Notes under the pieces: model-generated | What the model saw: only the letters and a program-made list of their open reading frames with translations | What the model was told of the DNA's origin: nothing | Database searches by the model: none | From: a bacterium | GTDB lineage: Bacteria > Vulcanimicrobiota > Xenobia > Xenobiales > Xenobiaceae | Direction: 5' to 3' | Length of the DNA: 63,962 nucleotides | Assembly: GCA_017458675.1 (NCBI GenBank) | Contig: JAFTAM010000182.1 | Span: 1-63,962 of the forward strand | Part shown: positions 28,147 through 38,553 of the stretch, in pieces | Position numbering within the stretch: the first letter of the stretch is position 1 | Layout of the letters: every line of letters begins with the position of its first letter | Made by a program: the position numbers and the translations under genes

Positions 28147-29439
28147 ATGAATATAGGCATTATCGGCTGCGGCTATGTAGGCATGGTAACGGGGGTATGT
28201 CTGGCCGAATTGGGCCATACCGTAACAGCCGTCGATAATGACCCTGAGAAGCTGGCAATGCTGCAGAACCTGCAGTGTCCTATTTACGAACCGGGTCTGG
28301 AACAGCTATTTAATACATACGTTCGGGAAAAGAGGCTGACTTTCAGCGGCAGCATCGCCCAGGCCGTTCGAGACAGCCAGATAATTTTCATCTGCGTCAA
28401 TACTCCCTCCAATCCCGACGGCAGCGCCGATCTCTCCTTCGTGGAATCGGTCGCTAAGGAAATCGCCGTCAATTTAAGAGAGTACCGTCTGATAGTGGAA
28501 AAGAGCACAGTACCGGTGCAGACAGGCGAATGGGTGCGCCGAACGATAAGCCGAAACGCTCCGCCGAACGTCGAATTCGACGTGGCCTCTAACCCCGAAT
28601 TTTTGCGCGAAGGCACCGCGATAGATGATTTTCTCCACCCGGATCGGGTGGTTATCGGAGCTGATTCCCGCCGCGCTTCCTCGCTTCTCACCGAGCTTTA
28701 CGCCCCTTTAAACGCTCCCATACTGCTGACCGACATCAATTCTGCCGAGCTCATCAAACACTCGGCCAACGCCTTTCTGGCTTTGAAAATTTCTTTTATC
28801 AATTCGGTAGCTCAAATTTGCTCTCGGTCCGGCGCCGATATTAAAAAGGTGGCCAAAGGGATAGGCCTGGACCGACGCATTGGCTCCAATGCCATGGAAG
28901 CGGGAATCGGCTACGGAGGCATGTGCCTGCCCAAAGACGTGGCCGCTTACATTCGTATAGCCAAAGAGCTTGGCTACGATTTTGAAATACTGAAGGCTGT
29001 ACAGAATGTCAACAATAAGCAGAGGCTCTGGCCTCTGGAAATTTTAAAGCATAGGTTCAGCAGTCTGCAGGGCCTGACCATAGCAATTTGGGGTCTCTCC
29101 TTCAAGCCGAATACCGACGATCTGCGCTATGCGCCCTCACTGGAAATTACCGCCGCCCTGCTGAAGGAAAAGGTCAAAGTGCGCTGCTTCGATCCTGTAG
29201 CCATGAAAAAAGCAGCTCTGCAGATACCCGAAGCAAAAATGTGTCCCAACGCCTATGAGGCCTGTTATAAGGCCGACGCCTTGATTATCTGCACGGAATG
29301 GCCCGAGTTCAAAACTCTGGATTTGCATAAAGTTGCCGAAAATATGAAGCTCCCCGTTATAATTGACGGACGCAACATCCTTGAGCCCTCCCGGATGGCC
29401 GCCCACGGCTTTGAATACTTCAGCGTGGGCAGGCAATAA
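28147..29439 (+). CDS. ugd: UDP-glucose 6-dehydrogenase
   Basis: GCGYVG, KSTVP, SNPEFLREG, GYGGMCLPKD and FKPNTDDLR motifs. Confidence 0.95.
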   Translation: MNIGIIGCGYVGMVTGVCLAELGHTVTAVDNDPEKLAMLQNLQCPIYEPGLEQLFNTYVREKRLTFSGSIAQAVRDSQIIFICVNTPSNPDGSADLSFVESVAKEIAVNLREYRLIVEKSTVPVQTGEWVRRTISRNAPPNVEFDVASNPEFLREGTAIDDFLHPDRVVIGADSRRASSLLTELYAPLNAPILLTDINSAELIKHSANAFLALKISFINSVAQICSRSGADIKKVAKGIGLDRRIGSNAMEAGIGYGGMCLPKDVAAYIRIAKELGYDFEILKAVQNVNNKQRLWPLEILKHRFSSLQGLTIAIWGLSFKPNTDDLRYAPSLEITAALLKEKVKVRCFDPVAMKKAALQIPEAKMCPNAYEACYKADALIICTEWPEFKTLDLHKVAENMKLPVIIDGRNILEPSRMAAHGFEYFSVGRQ

Positions 29440-29560
29440 GCCTGAACTTCCTTAAAAATATCCTTTTCTGCAGTATTAAAAGCTCTAAGCAGGCAATTTT
29501 TATGTTATAATTCAACTGATAAGAGATACTGCAGATCATTGAAAAGGAGCTCTTTTCTCA

Positions 29561-29716
29561 ATGTGTATAGGTGAAAGCAGCGATCGGTATTTCAGATATA
29601 TATACTACCAAGGCACTAACCTGGAACATGTTTTTAAGGATTTATGGATAAAGGGAATTAAAGCCGCCGGTATTTTTTGCCAAAACAATAATTTTAAAGT
29701 GTGCGTCGCTCTTTAA
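29561..29716 (+). CDS. Possible 51-aa small protein, absent from the ORF track (MCIGESSDRYFRYIYYQG...KVCVAL)
   Basis: Extended -10 TGtTATAAT at 29503-29511, aaaggag RBS, ATG at 29561, downstream bidirectional terminator. Confidence 0.45.
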   Translation: MCIGESSDRYFRYIYYQGTNLEHVFKDLWIKGIKAAGIFCQNNNFKVCVAL

Positions 29717-29754
29717 ACTGAATACATTTTTTAAGACCGACAAAACAAGCTGAT

Positions 29755-29796
29755 AAAAAAAACTGCCGCAGGGTCCTGACTGCGGCAGTTTTTTTT
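29755..29796. terminator. Bidirectional terminator
   Basis: aaaaaaaactgccgcag-ggtcctga-ctgcggcagttttttt. Confidence 0.85.
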
Positions 29797-30805
29797 ATTG
29801 AATATCTTCGCTCTCAATACCGAGATCGCTGAGACAGTTGACTAAATGGGCCGGCAGAATTTCTGTAAGATCAAACCTGAGATTTTCGCGGGCCTGCAGA
29901 CCGGAACGCGGATCTAAAAAATCGGAATCCAGATAACGGTTCCGGCGCAGTTCATAACGACACTGAGCGATATAAGAAGTCAGCTCTCTTTCAAAATTGA
30001 GCATAATCTGCATGGCTTCCGAGTTGTCCTCAGCCTCGCGCTCTCTCTCATTCATCTCTCTTATGGCGGCCAGCCCTTCATTGGCGGCCCGCTGCAGTTC
30101 CTCGTCCTCGGGAATCTCAAGCAGCCAGAGTTCTTCCTCCTGCTGCTCAACCAGCAGGGCCGCTTCCTTAAAAGCCTTGGCTACAAGCTCAGTAAGCCGT
30201 TCGCTGACCTTCTTCACTCCCAAATTAACCTTATTGAGAGACATAAATTTAATCAATTTTGCGCGCAGCTTGGCGGTAAAGGCGTCTCTTACCTCATCGT
30301 GCTTTTTCACCAGTTCTTTATGCTGCACCGTTTCTAATTTCATGCGCAGCACCTTCTGCTCCGGGGTTTCATCGCCGTCAATCAAATGAGGCTTGCCGTT
30401 TTCATCCAAAACCAGTTCAGAGGCGCCGTTGGGCAGAATACGGCTCTCCAGGCAATGGCGGCTGTAAAAATCATCCTTGAGATCGGCTAAATGGCGGCGC
30501 AGATTATCGCGCACCATACTGCGGCGGCTGTAAAAATCGCTCTGCATCTGCATCACCGCTTCATAGCTGTCCTCCGGGAAATAAAAGTTATCCAAGGCGT
30601 TCGCCAATTCGCCGCTTTCGCTGTCGTTTTCAAAATCAGAGTCTCCTCTGTTTTTATAGACATAGCCGCGCTTTGAAAGCATCCTCTGCAGAGCCTCTCG
30701 CAGCGAAACTAAGCTTTCCTGCTGTATAAGACAGACGTCGCGCCGTCTGTTGACATCCGAAGCCAGATTGATTAAAGAGCCTACGCCCAAAGATCTCCAA
30801 AACAT
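29795..30805 (-). CDS. Hypothetical charged alpha-helical protein
   Basis: 336-aa ORF, E/L/R-rich coiled-coil composition. Confidence 0.7.
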   Translation of the reverse strand: MFWRSLGVGSLINLASDVNRRRDVCLIQQESLVSLREALQRMLSKRGYVYKNRGDSDFENDSESGELANALDNFYFPEDSYEAVMQMQSDFYSRRSMVRDNLRRHLADLKDDFYSRHCLESRILPNGASELVLDENGKPHLIDGDETPEQKVLRMKLETVQHKELVKKHDEVRDAFTAKLRAKLIKFMSLNKVNLGVKKVSERLTELVAKAFKEAALLVEQQEEELWLLEIPEDEELQRAANEGLAAIREMNEREREAEDNSEAMQIMLNFERELTSYIAQCRYELRRNRYLDSDFLDPRSGLQARENLRFDLTEILPAHLVNCLSDLGIESEDIQ

Positions 30806-31196
30806 AACTTACATCCCGCCGGTCCTGCAAAACCGCTGTTTCAAACAAAGATTTACAATATATACATTATACAGAAATCAAGCCTCAAAACCCATATATA
30901 CCGATAAAAAGTCTCATGAATTTTTTTTGAAAAAAAATCCAATAAAAAAGGAAATAAATGCAAATTACCGTATTACTCCCGCCTATAAGGAACGCCTGCC
31001 CTTAACGGTAAGGTTTTCGCCTGCTTCTATATGATAATCAAAGCAAAAATTCCTGATTTTCGGGCAGGTTTCAATAGGATATTAGGCGAAAAATGCTTAA
31101 AAATCTATGGTCTGTATTAGAGCAAGGACCAAAACCCCGCCGCAGTTGGCTGCAGCCGTTGCGGTTGAGTACCTAAATAAGAGGTGAATAACAAAA

Positions 31197-31619
31197 ATGA
31201 AGGCTCTCCGTAATTTAGCTTGTGCCGCAGTCATGGCGGCCGCCGTTTGTGCTTCTACCAGCATTGCCAATGCTGACGAAATTCACATAAATCACTCCAT
31301 GGCCCCTGGAATCTGGTATTCCAATTGGATGGGTCCCGATAACGAGTTTGGCAGGCCTGACACCGGCTTCAACTATCAGAAGGATTTCACCGGCGAAGTC
31401 GTTTATGTCGATGGCAGCTATATGAGCGTCGATATCGATGGCGCCGAGGATGATGTCGCCAACTTCTATATGTACGAGAATTTGACTCAGTACACTCCTT
31501 CCGCCGAAGCTGTCCGCGTCGGTTCCAAGGTAGAAATCCGCGCTGACAACCGCAATCGCGCCCGTTCAGTCCGCACCATTCCTTTCTACCAGTGGCTGAA
31601 GAACCAGTCTGAGGACTAA
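31197..31619 (+). CDS. Small secreted hypothetical protein (possible C-terminal OB-fold)
   Basis: gaggtg RBS; signal peptide ANA-D; FTGEVV...VRVGSKVEI pattern; followed by a terminator. Confidence 0.75.
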   Translation: MKALRNLACAAVMAAAVCASTSIANADEIHINHSMAPGIWYSNWMGPDNEFGRPDTGFNYQKDFTGEVVYVDGSYMSVDIDGAEDDVANFYMYENLTQYTPSAEAVRVGSKVEIRADNRNRARSVRTIPFYQWLKNQSED

Positions 31620-31774
31620 TTCTTATAATCTCTGCTGCGAAGCAGAGATGTTTTGACCACAAGGCGGCCTCAAGGAACATTCCTCTGAGGCTGTTTTTTT
31701 GTATTTTTCTTCAGGCGGCAGAGCGCAGCTATGCAAAGCAACGAAGCCCCGAATATTATTAAAGGTGAACAAAA

Positions 31775-33094
31775 ATGATAAAACCTACGCCTTTAAGCGG
31801 TTTTCCCGAATGGCTGCCGGCCCAGCAGCTGGCCGAGCAGAAGTTTATAGATACCATCCGCGGCGTTTATGAGTTATACGGCTTCTCGCGCTTAGAAACC
31901 AGCGCAGTCGAGCGGGTCAGCATTTTGGAAGCCAAGGGAGAGATCAACAAAGAAATATACGGCATAGGCCGTCTGCAGGGGCCTCCCGGTCAATGGGAAA
32001 TGGCTCTGCACTTTGATCTTACCGTACCTCTGGCCCGTTATGTAGCCTTAAACAGCGGCGCTTTGAACTTTCCCTTCAAAAGATGGCAGATTCAAAAAGT
32101 CTGGCGAGGCGAAAGGCCCCAGGAAGGCAGGTTCCGCGAGTTCTACCAGGCTGATATCGACGTAATCGGCGACGGCGAACTTCCTCTGAGCTTTGACGCC
32201 GAAATGCCGGCGGTGATCCATGAGGCGTTTAAAAAACTGGGCATTAAAGCTCAGATTAACATCAATAACCGCAAAGTGCTGCTTGGCTATTACCAAAGCT
32301 TGGGCTTATCAGAAGAGCAGAGCGTCAATATTCTGCGCGAGGTTGATAAGCTGGATAAAATCGGCGCCGACAAGGTTAAGGAGACCCTGCTCAAATTGAA
32401 TCTCAGCGAAGAGACCGCCGAGTGCTGTCTGGCTCTGTGCCGCCTGAAAGGAGCGCCTCAAGCGGTCTTAGCGCAGGCCGAAGAGCTGAATGTCGATAAC
32501 GAACTTTTCCGACAGGGTCTCGAGGAGCTCAGATTTGTAGCCGAGGAACTCTCGTACATCGGCGCAGAATCCTTAATCTTCAACCTGGGTATAGTGCGCG
32601 GTCTCGATTATTATACAGGCACTATCTATGAAACGACTCTTCCGGACTATCCCAGTCTGGGCAGCATCTGCTCCGGCGGCCGCTACGAAAATTTAGCCTC
32701 GCAGTTCATAAACCGCAAACTGCCCGGAGTAGGCATAAGCATAGGCCTGAGCCGCCTGATCTCTCATTTGTTCAGCGTCAACGCCATCGAGTGTCGCACT
32801 CAGACTCCCACTAAGGTCCTGATTTCCTGGCCTGAGGAAAATCTGCGTCCGGCCTGCCGCGCTATCGCGGCAAAGCTGCGCGGCGCCGGCATTCCTGCCG
32901 AAATCTATCATGAAACTGCGCCGCTTAAAAAGCAGCTGCGCTACGCCAGCCGCAAAGGCATAGACTACATGCTCTTTCCCCACCTCTACGAAGAAAAGGA
33001 AGAACAAATAGAAATTAAGGATCTGCAGACCTCTCAGCAGGAGCAGATATCCTTAAACGAGTGGATTGAAAATTATAAAAAGAGCCGGGAATAA
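31775..33094 (+). CDS. hisS: Histidine--tRNA ligase
   Basis: SGFPEWLP, FDLTVPLAR, WRGERPQEGRFREFYQADID, RGLDYYTG and GGRYE motifs. Confidence 0.97.
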   Translation: MIKPTPLSGFPEWLPAQQLAEQKFIDTIRGVYELYGFSRLETSAVERVSILEAKGEINKEIYGIGRLQGPPGQWEMALHFDLTVPLARYVALNSGALNFPFKRWQIQKVWRGERPQEGRFREFYQADIDVIGDGELPLSFDAEMPAVIHEAFKKLGIKAQININNRKVLLGYYQSLGLSEEQSVNILREVDKLDKIGADKVKETLLKLNLSEETAECCLALCRLKGAPQAVLAQAEELNVDNELFRQGLEELRFVAEELSYIGAESLIFNLGIVRGLDYYTGTIYETTLPDYPSLGSICSGGRYENLASQFINRKLPGVGISIGLSRLISHLFSVNAIECRTQTPTKVLISWPEENLRPACRAIAAKLRGAGIPAEIYHETAPLKKQLRYASRKGIDYMLFPHLYEEKEEQIEIKDLQTSQQEQISLNEWIENYKKSRE

Positions 33095-33219
33095 AGCGTT
33101 ATTCATCAACGCTCCTGACTTAAGCCCTTGCCTCAAGCCCCACGGCCTGCGGCAGGGCTTTTTTTATACATCCGTCCCCGATTATGCCTGCTCCCGTCTT
33201 GCCGTCAGCGCCGCATTTT

Positions 33220-33448
33220 CAATACCATTAACTTAAATCTAAGTTTTGCCGACAGCGGCGCATAGCTTGTCTGCGCAGCGCTGGAGGTTGTTTGGCCTGT
33301 CATTGAGAGCGCCGCGAAGAATCTGTCAAGCATGTTTAACTTGTTTTCGTTATGCCGGTTTTCTTTGTCGCTGCCGCTCCGCGCGAAGCTGTGCTCGAAT
33401 CTCCGCGTACGCGTCAAAGAAAACCTTTATAAGCGTGTCTGCAAAAAG
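33220..33448 (-). mobile_element. Interspersed structured repeat, copy 4
   Basis: gtcattgagagcgccgcgaagaatct and ggttttctttg...caaagaaaacc; near-identical to 1-140. Confidence 0.8.
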
Positions 33449-33538
33449 AATCTCTGAGCAGAAGCTGAAACGGCAAAAAAAACTGCCGCATCCTTATAGA
33501 TGCAGCAGTCTCGCCTTAAATTTGAAACTTAATTCAAA

Positions 33539-35050
33539 CTATTTAGCCATAGCGGAGAGGTCCACCTTACGGGTGTCGCGGTAAGTAGGCCACCAGTCAA
33601 AGCTGCTGTAGGTCTTGCCGTTGCGGACGAAGGTGCTCTTGTAATTGTTGTGGTTTACGCTCAAAGAGGTAATGCCCAACTCGTCCAAGGTCTTCAGCTC
33701 GCCGGCCTGAGCGATGGCGTCGCCGTTGACGTCGGTCCATACTCTGAGATCCTTCAGCTCTTCGCCGCTCAGAACGCCGTCTTCGTTGGCGTCATAAGCA
33801 GACATCTGCTCGAAGCCGTCTTCGAAGCCGCAGAGGTTGCCGAAGAGGTTGGATCCGTTTACGGTTCCGTCAGCGGCGGGCTTGCAGAGGAGACCGTCGT
33901 TGGCGCCGACCCACTCGGTCAGAACGGGATAGTTGTTGCCGAAGAGGTCGAACATAACCAGCTTGCCGTTCATATCGTCGGTGTGAGCCAGATACTGACC
34001 GTTGGAAGCCTCAATCTTGCCGTCGCCGTCCAGGTCCAGAACGATAGGACTGTAGGTAATGGTGACGTTGACTTCATGAACCGTGGTCTTATATTTAGTG
34101 GTGGTGTTGACCACATTTGTAGTAGTGGTAGTGGTCTTATCGGTTTTATTGTAAGTGGTTGTGGTGGCGTAAGTGGTCTCTACGAAATAGTGATCACGCT
34201 CGTAGTAGTCGTCCTGACGGTAATTATAGGTTGCGTGACCGGAAGCGATATGGCCGGTGCCTACCAAATCGTCGGGATCGCCTACCGCTACATAGCCGCT
34301 GCCGCCATCGGTGGTGGTGACGCCGGTGAAAGTGGTGTGGCTGCTGGCTAAAGTATAAGGAGTGTAGTGCTCGGTGGTAACGGTTTCATAAGTAGTCTCA
34401 GACAAAGTGTCGGTAGAGGAAGTAGTGCTCTTGGATTTGCTCTTATCAGTAGTGGTTACCTTATCGGTAGTAGTTTTCTTATCGGCGTTCTTGTAAAGAT
34501 TCTTAGCGGCGTTGCTGGTATTGGGAGTGCCGTTGCCGCCCCAGGCGACGACGTCGCTGTTGCCGATGCCGTAATTGCTGAGACCCTGCTTGCTGCCCAA
34601 ATTGTAGGAGCCGTCAATGACGCACACGCTGCGGTTGTCGCCGGCGCCGTCCTTGGTGTAGTCCTTGCTCAGCTTTTTCGACAAGTCGCTGGCGTTGTTT
34701 ACCGTACCGTCAAAAGTATCGACCTTCTTCCAGCCGACTGAGCCGCCTACCCACTCGTAAGCGGTAATATGAGCGGTAGTACCGCCGTCAACTTTTACGG
34801 TTCCGCCATCTACGTTGGTAACATTGGTGCCGCCGTCGACCTTGGTGTTGGTTCCCTTAACGGTCTGGGTGCCGCCGTCAACCTGTACGGTGGTGTAGCT
34901 GGTTCCGCCCTCGTTGGTCTTATAGTGATTGACCACTGTGGTATGTGAGCTGGTAGAGCCGCCCTCGTCGATGTCGGTTACGCCGGCAAAAGCGGGCAGA
35001 GATAGCAGACCGCATAGAGCGGCAGTTAGAAGACTGTAATTGTATTTCAT
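33539..35050 (-). CDS. Secreted Thr-rich protein with a C-terminal FrpC self-processing-module-like Ca-binding domain (copy 1)
   Basis: Signal peptide (AFA-G); SPIVLDLDGDG...WVGANDGLL...LFG...YDANEDG...LRVWTDVNGDAIAQAGELKTLDELGITS. Confidence 0.8.
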   Translation of the reverse strand: MKYNYSLLTAALCGLLSLPAFAGVTDIDEGGSTSSHTTVVNHYKTNEGGTSYTTVQVDGGTQTVKGTNTKVDGGTNVTNVDGGTVKVDGGTTAHITAYEWVGGSVGWKKVDTFDGTVNNASDLSKKLSKDYTKDGAGDNRSVCVIDGSYNLGSKQGLSNYGIGNSDVVAWGGNGTPNTSNAAKNLYKNADKKTTTDKVTTTDKSKSKSTTSSTDTLSETTYETVTTEHYTPYTLASSHTTFTGVTTTDGGSGYVAVGDPDDLVGTGHIASGHATYNYRQDDYYERDHYFVETTYATTTTYNKTDKTTTTTTNVVNTTTKYKTTVHEVNVTITYSPIVLDLDGDGKIEASNGQYLAHTDDMNGKLVMFDLFGNNYPVLTEWVGANDGLLCKPAADGTVNGSNLFGNLCGFEDGFEQMSAYDANEDGVLSGEELKDLRVWTDVNGDAIAQAGELKTLDELGITSLSVNHNNYKSTFVRNGKTYSSFDWWPTYRDTRKVDLSAMAK

Positions 35051-35212
35051 ATGTAAACCGCCTCCACTTGAAGTGAAAAATAACTAAACTTCCAGTAAGC
35101 GCGCCGAACTTAATTCAGCATGCTACTTTTACTCTTAATAATATTACCACAAAAGCGGCAAAAGAAAACACGCAAATATTGCGGAACGGCAAAAAAAAAT
35201 GTTAAATTTTAA

Positions 35213-35464
35213 GGCTGCCGGCAAATTAAGCAAAAACAAGCTTTCAGCAGACATGCTTCGCACAGGTTTTCTTTTGCTCTGAAGCGAGCGTCCGAGCGGA
35301 GCGCAGCCGCGGAGCGGCAGCGACAAAGAAAACCGACATAGCGAAAACAGGCGGAACATGATTAAAAAATTCTTCGCTGCGCTCTCAATAGATTTGCAAG
35401 CGTTGTGCAGTCAAGCTATCGTGTCATTTTCAGGAAAATATTTCCTTAATTTAATTACATTGGC
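35213..35464 (+). mobile_element. Interspersed structured repeat, copy 5
   Basis: gctgccggcaaattaagcaaaaac...caaagaaaaccgacatagcg...ttaatttaattacattggc. Confidence 0.8.
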
Positions 35465-35586
35465 CGTACTTGACTCTATTTTTCTGAAACGGAAAAGGCT
35501 CTAAAACCGCTTATGCAGAATTTTTATATATTATGCAGCCATAAGAGCGTTCACCGTAATACTTGAAAACCGGGAGAATATTTAAT

Positions 35587-36702
35587 ATGAAAAAACAGTT
35601 CGTAACCGCGGCCCTTCTGCTGTCCTGCACGCTGCTTACCGCCCAGGCGGTTCAGGCCGAAGAAAATTTTGTCAACCCCACTAAGCTGAAAAGCTATGGC
35701 ATCGACGCCGAAAAGTATTTCCTGACCGGCTTCAGCCATGACGGCAGTTTTATTATGCTTTACCAGCCCAACACCCCCAAGAAAAAGTTAGAGGGTTTAG
35801 GCTTCAAGCTGTTTATCGTCAACTTAAGTCCCGGCAATAATATAGAATCCGTTAAAGAATATGAAGTCCCCGTTACCAAATGGGAGTATTCCATGCTCAC
35901 TCCCGATCAGAAGGACATTATTATTGTCACCAAAGCCGGAGCCACCTTTGTAAAATTCAACCTTGAGACCGGCAAATCGACCATTCTCCATGAAAATATT
36001 CTCGGTCAGCCCGGCTTCAGAGCCTATCCTCAGGTACTCCATTATGACAACGGAGAGATCTTCTGCACCGGCTATTTCCACAATGAAGAGGGACTCTGCG
36101 ACGTAGACTGCAACGCCACCTTGGATCCTACGAAAGAAGGCGTCGCCGCCTTCCATCGGGTCTATGACGTGCAGGGCATGATGGTCAAGATGTCTCCCAA
36201 GGCCTGGACCTTCACTAAAAAGGATATGGGCTTCTTCTGCAGCGAGCCGGAGAATTATAAAGACACTTCCCTCATGTTAGAGTGGAATCCCCCGGAAATG
36301 AGCAAGCCCAAGATCTTCGACGTGGGCAAAACCTTATATGCCATGTGGGGCGCCCAGGACCGCCTCCTCTACACTATGCAGCGCGAGGACAACACCTTCG
36401 ATCTGGTCCTTTACGACGGCAAGACTCTCAAAAAGACCTTCCTCGACAAGGGCAATAAGGACATGTACTTTAACCTGTTTATGTCCGCCGACGGCAAAAC
36501 CGCCCTCTTTACCGACACCAAGAACCGCGTCAAGCGCGCCGGCTATTTCTACGCCGACGAAGCTAACGGCTGGAAAATCACTCCCGTTGCCGATTTCCAC
36601 GGTCAGGCCAAACCTTTCGGCGAGATCCGCATTTCCGACGACGGCCGCAAAATGGTTATTAAGAGCAAGCAGGGCTTAACCGTAGCCAACGTTAAGGAAT
36701 AA
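35587..36702 (+). CDS. Secreted probable beta-propeller protein (copy 1)
   Basis: Signal peptide (VQA-E); TolB/WD40-like turns SHDGS, TPDQK, SADGK, SDDGR. Start moved to ATG 35587. Confidence 0.75.
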   Translation: MKKQFVTAALLLSCTLLTAQAVQAEENFVNPTKLKSYGIDAEKYFLTGFSHDGSFIMLYQPNTPKKKLEGLGFKLFIVNLSPGNNIESVKEYEVPVTKWEYSMLTPDQKDIIIVTKAGATFVKFNLETGKSTILHENILGQPGFRAYPQVLHYDNGEIFCTGYFHNEEGLCDVDCNATLDPTKEGVAAFHRVYDVQGMMVKMSPKAWTFTKKDMGFFCSEPENYKDTSLMLEWNPPEMSKPKIFDVGKTLYAMWGAQDRLLYTMQREDNTFDLVLYDGKTLKKTFLDKGNKDMYFNLFMSADGKTALFTDTKNRVKRAGYFYADEANGWKITPVADFHGQAKPFGEIRISDDGRKMVIKSKQGLTVANVKE

Positions 36703-36730
36703 GTCCCCTTTCTCCCCCCCCAAAATAATT

Positions 36731-36766
36731 AAGACCGCTGCACACGGCTGCGCAGCGGTCTTTTTT
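36731..36766 (+). terminator. Intrinsic terminator
   Basis: aagaccgctgc-acacggctgc-gcagcggtctttttt. Confidence 0.8.
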
Positions 36767-37005
36767 GATTAACAGCAGAAACCGAAATCCGCTGAATCAG
36801 ACTCAGAGACAGATTCTTCGCTTACCTCAGAATGTCATGCAAACTGCCTCTGAGCAATATAATAAGTATATCACAAGGACAGCGCCGGCTCTCATTTAAG
36901 GCGGGCAAGCCGCTCTTAGCCGGACGAAGGCACAAAAAAACTGCCGCATACGTTAATATACGGCAGTCTCGCTTTCATTCTGATACTTACAGGTTAAGCA
37001 AAAAA

Positions 37006-38349
37006 CTATTTGGTAACAATAGCGGTTAAGTCAACCTTGCGGGTATCGCTGAAGTTAGGCCACCAGTCAAAGCTACTGAAGGTCTGACCGTTGCGGACGA
37101 AAGAGCTCTTGTAGTTGTCGTGGCTGACCTTGATGGAGGTGATGCCCAACTCGGCAAGAGTCTTCAGTTCGGAAGGCTGAGCTATGGCGTCGCTGTTGAC
37201 ATCGGTCCAGACTCTCAGATCGTTGAGTTCTTCACCGCTGAGCTCGCCGTCTTTATTGGCGTCATAAGCAGCCATTTCCTCATAGCCGTTGTCAAAGCCG
37301 TTGGCGGTTCCGAAGAGGTTGGTACCGTTTACGGTTCCGTCGGCGGAAGGACGGCAGAGCAGACCGTCATGAGCTCCGACCCACTCGGTAACGACCGGAT
37401 AGCCGTTGCCGTAGTAGTCAAACATAGCCACATGGTTGCTGATGTCGTTGTGCATGAGATACTGACCGTTGGAGGCCTCGATCTTGCCGTCGCCGTCTAA
37501 GTCCAGAACGATGGGGCTGTAGGTGCGGGAGCCGGTAATCTCATAAGTTACGACTCTCTGACCGGTTTTTACCTCATAATCACGCTGGTGCTCGATAGTA
37601 ACCTTAGTGTGGGTTCTCTCGAAATAGTGGTGACGAGTATAATAATCATCCTGACGGTAATTATAAGTAGCATGACCGGAGGCGATATAACCGGTGCCGA
37701 CTAAATCATCGGGATCGCCGACGGCTACAAAGCCCTGGCCGCCGCCGGTAGTGGTTACGCCGGTGAAGTAAGTGTGACTTCCGGTTTTCACATCCTTGTG
37801 ACTTACTTCGCTGTACTCGGTATAATCGTCACGGTTGGTCTTCTTATAGGTCTCTACGCCTTTGCTGGTGCTTCTGTTATCAGAGACATTGGTCTGATTC
37901 CAGCCGCCCTGGCTGTAAGAGGTGTCGCGGCCGGAAGGCTGAGCCTGATAGACATAGCCTCTCATGCTGTTTTCAATCTGGCTCTGCAGACTGGAAAGGT
38001 TGCTGCCGGTTAAAGTATAGGTCTGAGTGTTGTCCTCAGCGGTATAATAGTGAGTTCCATTTGCTCTCGTATGCTGGTGAGCGCCGATTTCGTGATAATT
38101 CAAGGTTCCCTTAACAGTATAGCTGTCGGGAGAAGAACTGTCAGAATATCTCTTGTCGCCGTCTTTTACATACTCGGTCTTGGTGGCCTCGTTGGTCTTA
38201 TAGTGATTCTCGTGCTCGGTGATAATATTGTTGATGACAGTTTTGCTTTCGGTGGAGCCGCCCTCGTCAATGTCCGTAACAGCAGCCAAAGCAGGAAGAG
38301 TCAGAATTCCGCATAGCGCGGCAGTAATAATACCGTAACGATAATTCAT
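37006..38349 (-). CDS. Secreted protein with a C-terminal FrpC SPM-like domain (copy 2)
   Basis: Paralogue of 33539-35050: shares VTDIDEGGST, VAVGDPDDLVGTG and the YSPIVLDLDGDG domain; the middle is divergent. Confidence 0.8.
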   Translation of the reverse strand: MNYRYGIITAALCGILTLPALAAVTDIDEGGSTESKTVINNIITEHENHYKTNEATKTEYVKDGDKRYSDSSSPDSYTVKGTLNYHEIGAHQHTRANGTHYYTAEDNTQTYTLTGSNLSSLQSQIENSMRGYVYQAQPSGRDTSYSQGGWNQTNVSDNRSTSKGVETYKKTNRDDYTEYSEVSHKDVKTGSHTYFTGVTTTGGGQGFVAVGDPDDLVGTGYIASGHATYNYRQDDYYTRHHYFERTHTKVTIEHQRDYEVKTGQRVVTYEITGSRTYSPIVLDLDGDGKIEASNGQYLMHNDISNHVAMFDYYGNGYPVVTEWVGAHDGLLCRPSADGTVNGTNLFGTANGFDNGYEEMAAYDANKDGELSGEELNDLRVWTDVNSDAIAQPSELKTLAELGITSIKVSHDNYKSSFVRNGQTFSSFDWWPNFSDTRKVDLTAIVTK

Positions 38350-38553
38350 ACCTATATACCCTCACTTTTGTTTAATTTCATAGTACCGAGAGATAGATAC
38401 CGTATAATACTATTATTTATATTGTATCACTTTTTTTTGAATTATCCAGATATTTTTTGAATTATCTACATATTTTACAAAATAAATATAGGATAATTTT
38501 ATTTTTCCAGAAATTAACGATACGTAAGCAATTTATTTGGAGAAGCAATATTG

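Noticed and set aside
33539-38349. Diversity-generating retroelement behind the variable segments
   Set aside because: There is no reverse transcriptase in the window and no TR/VR pair differing only at adenines.
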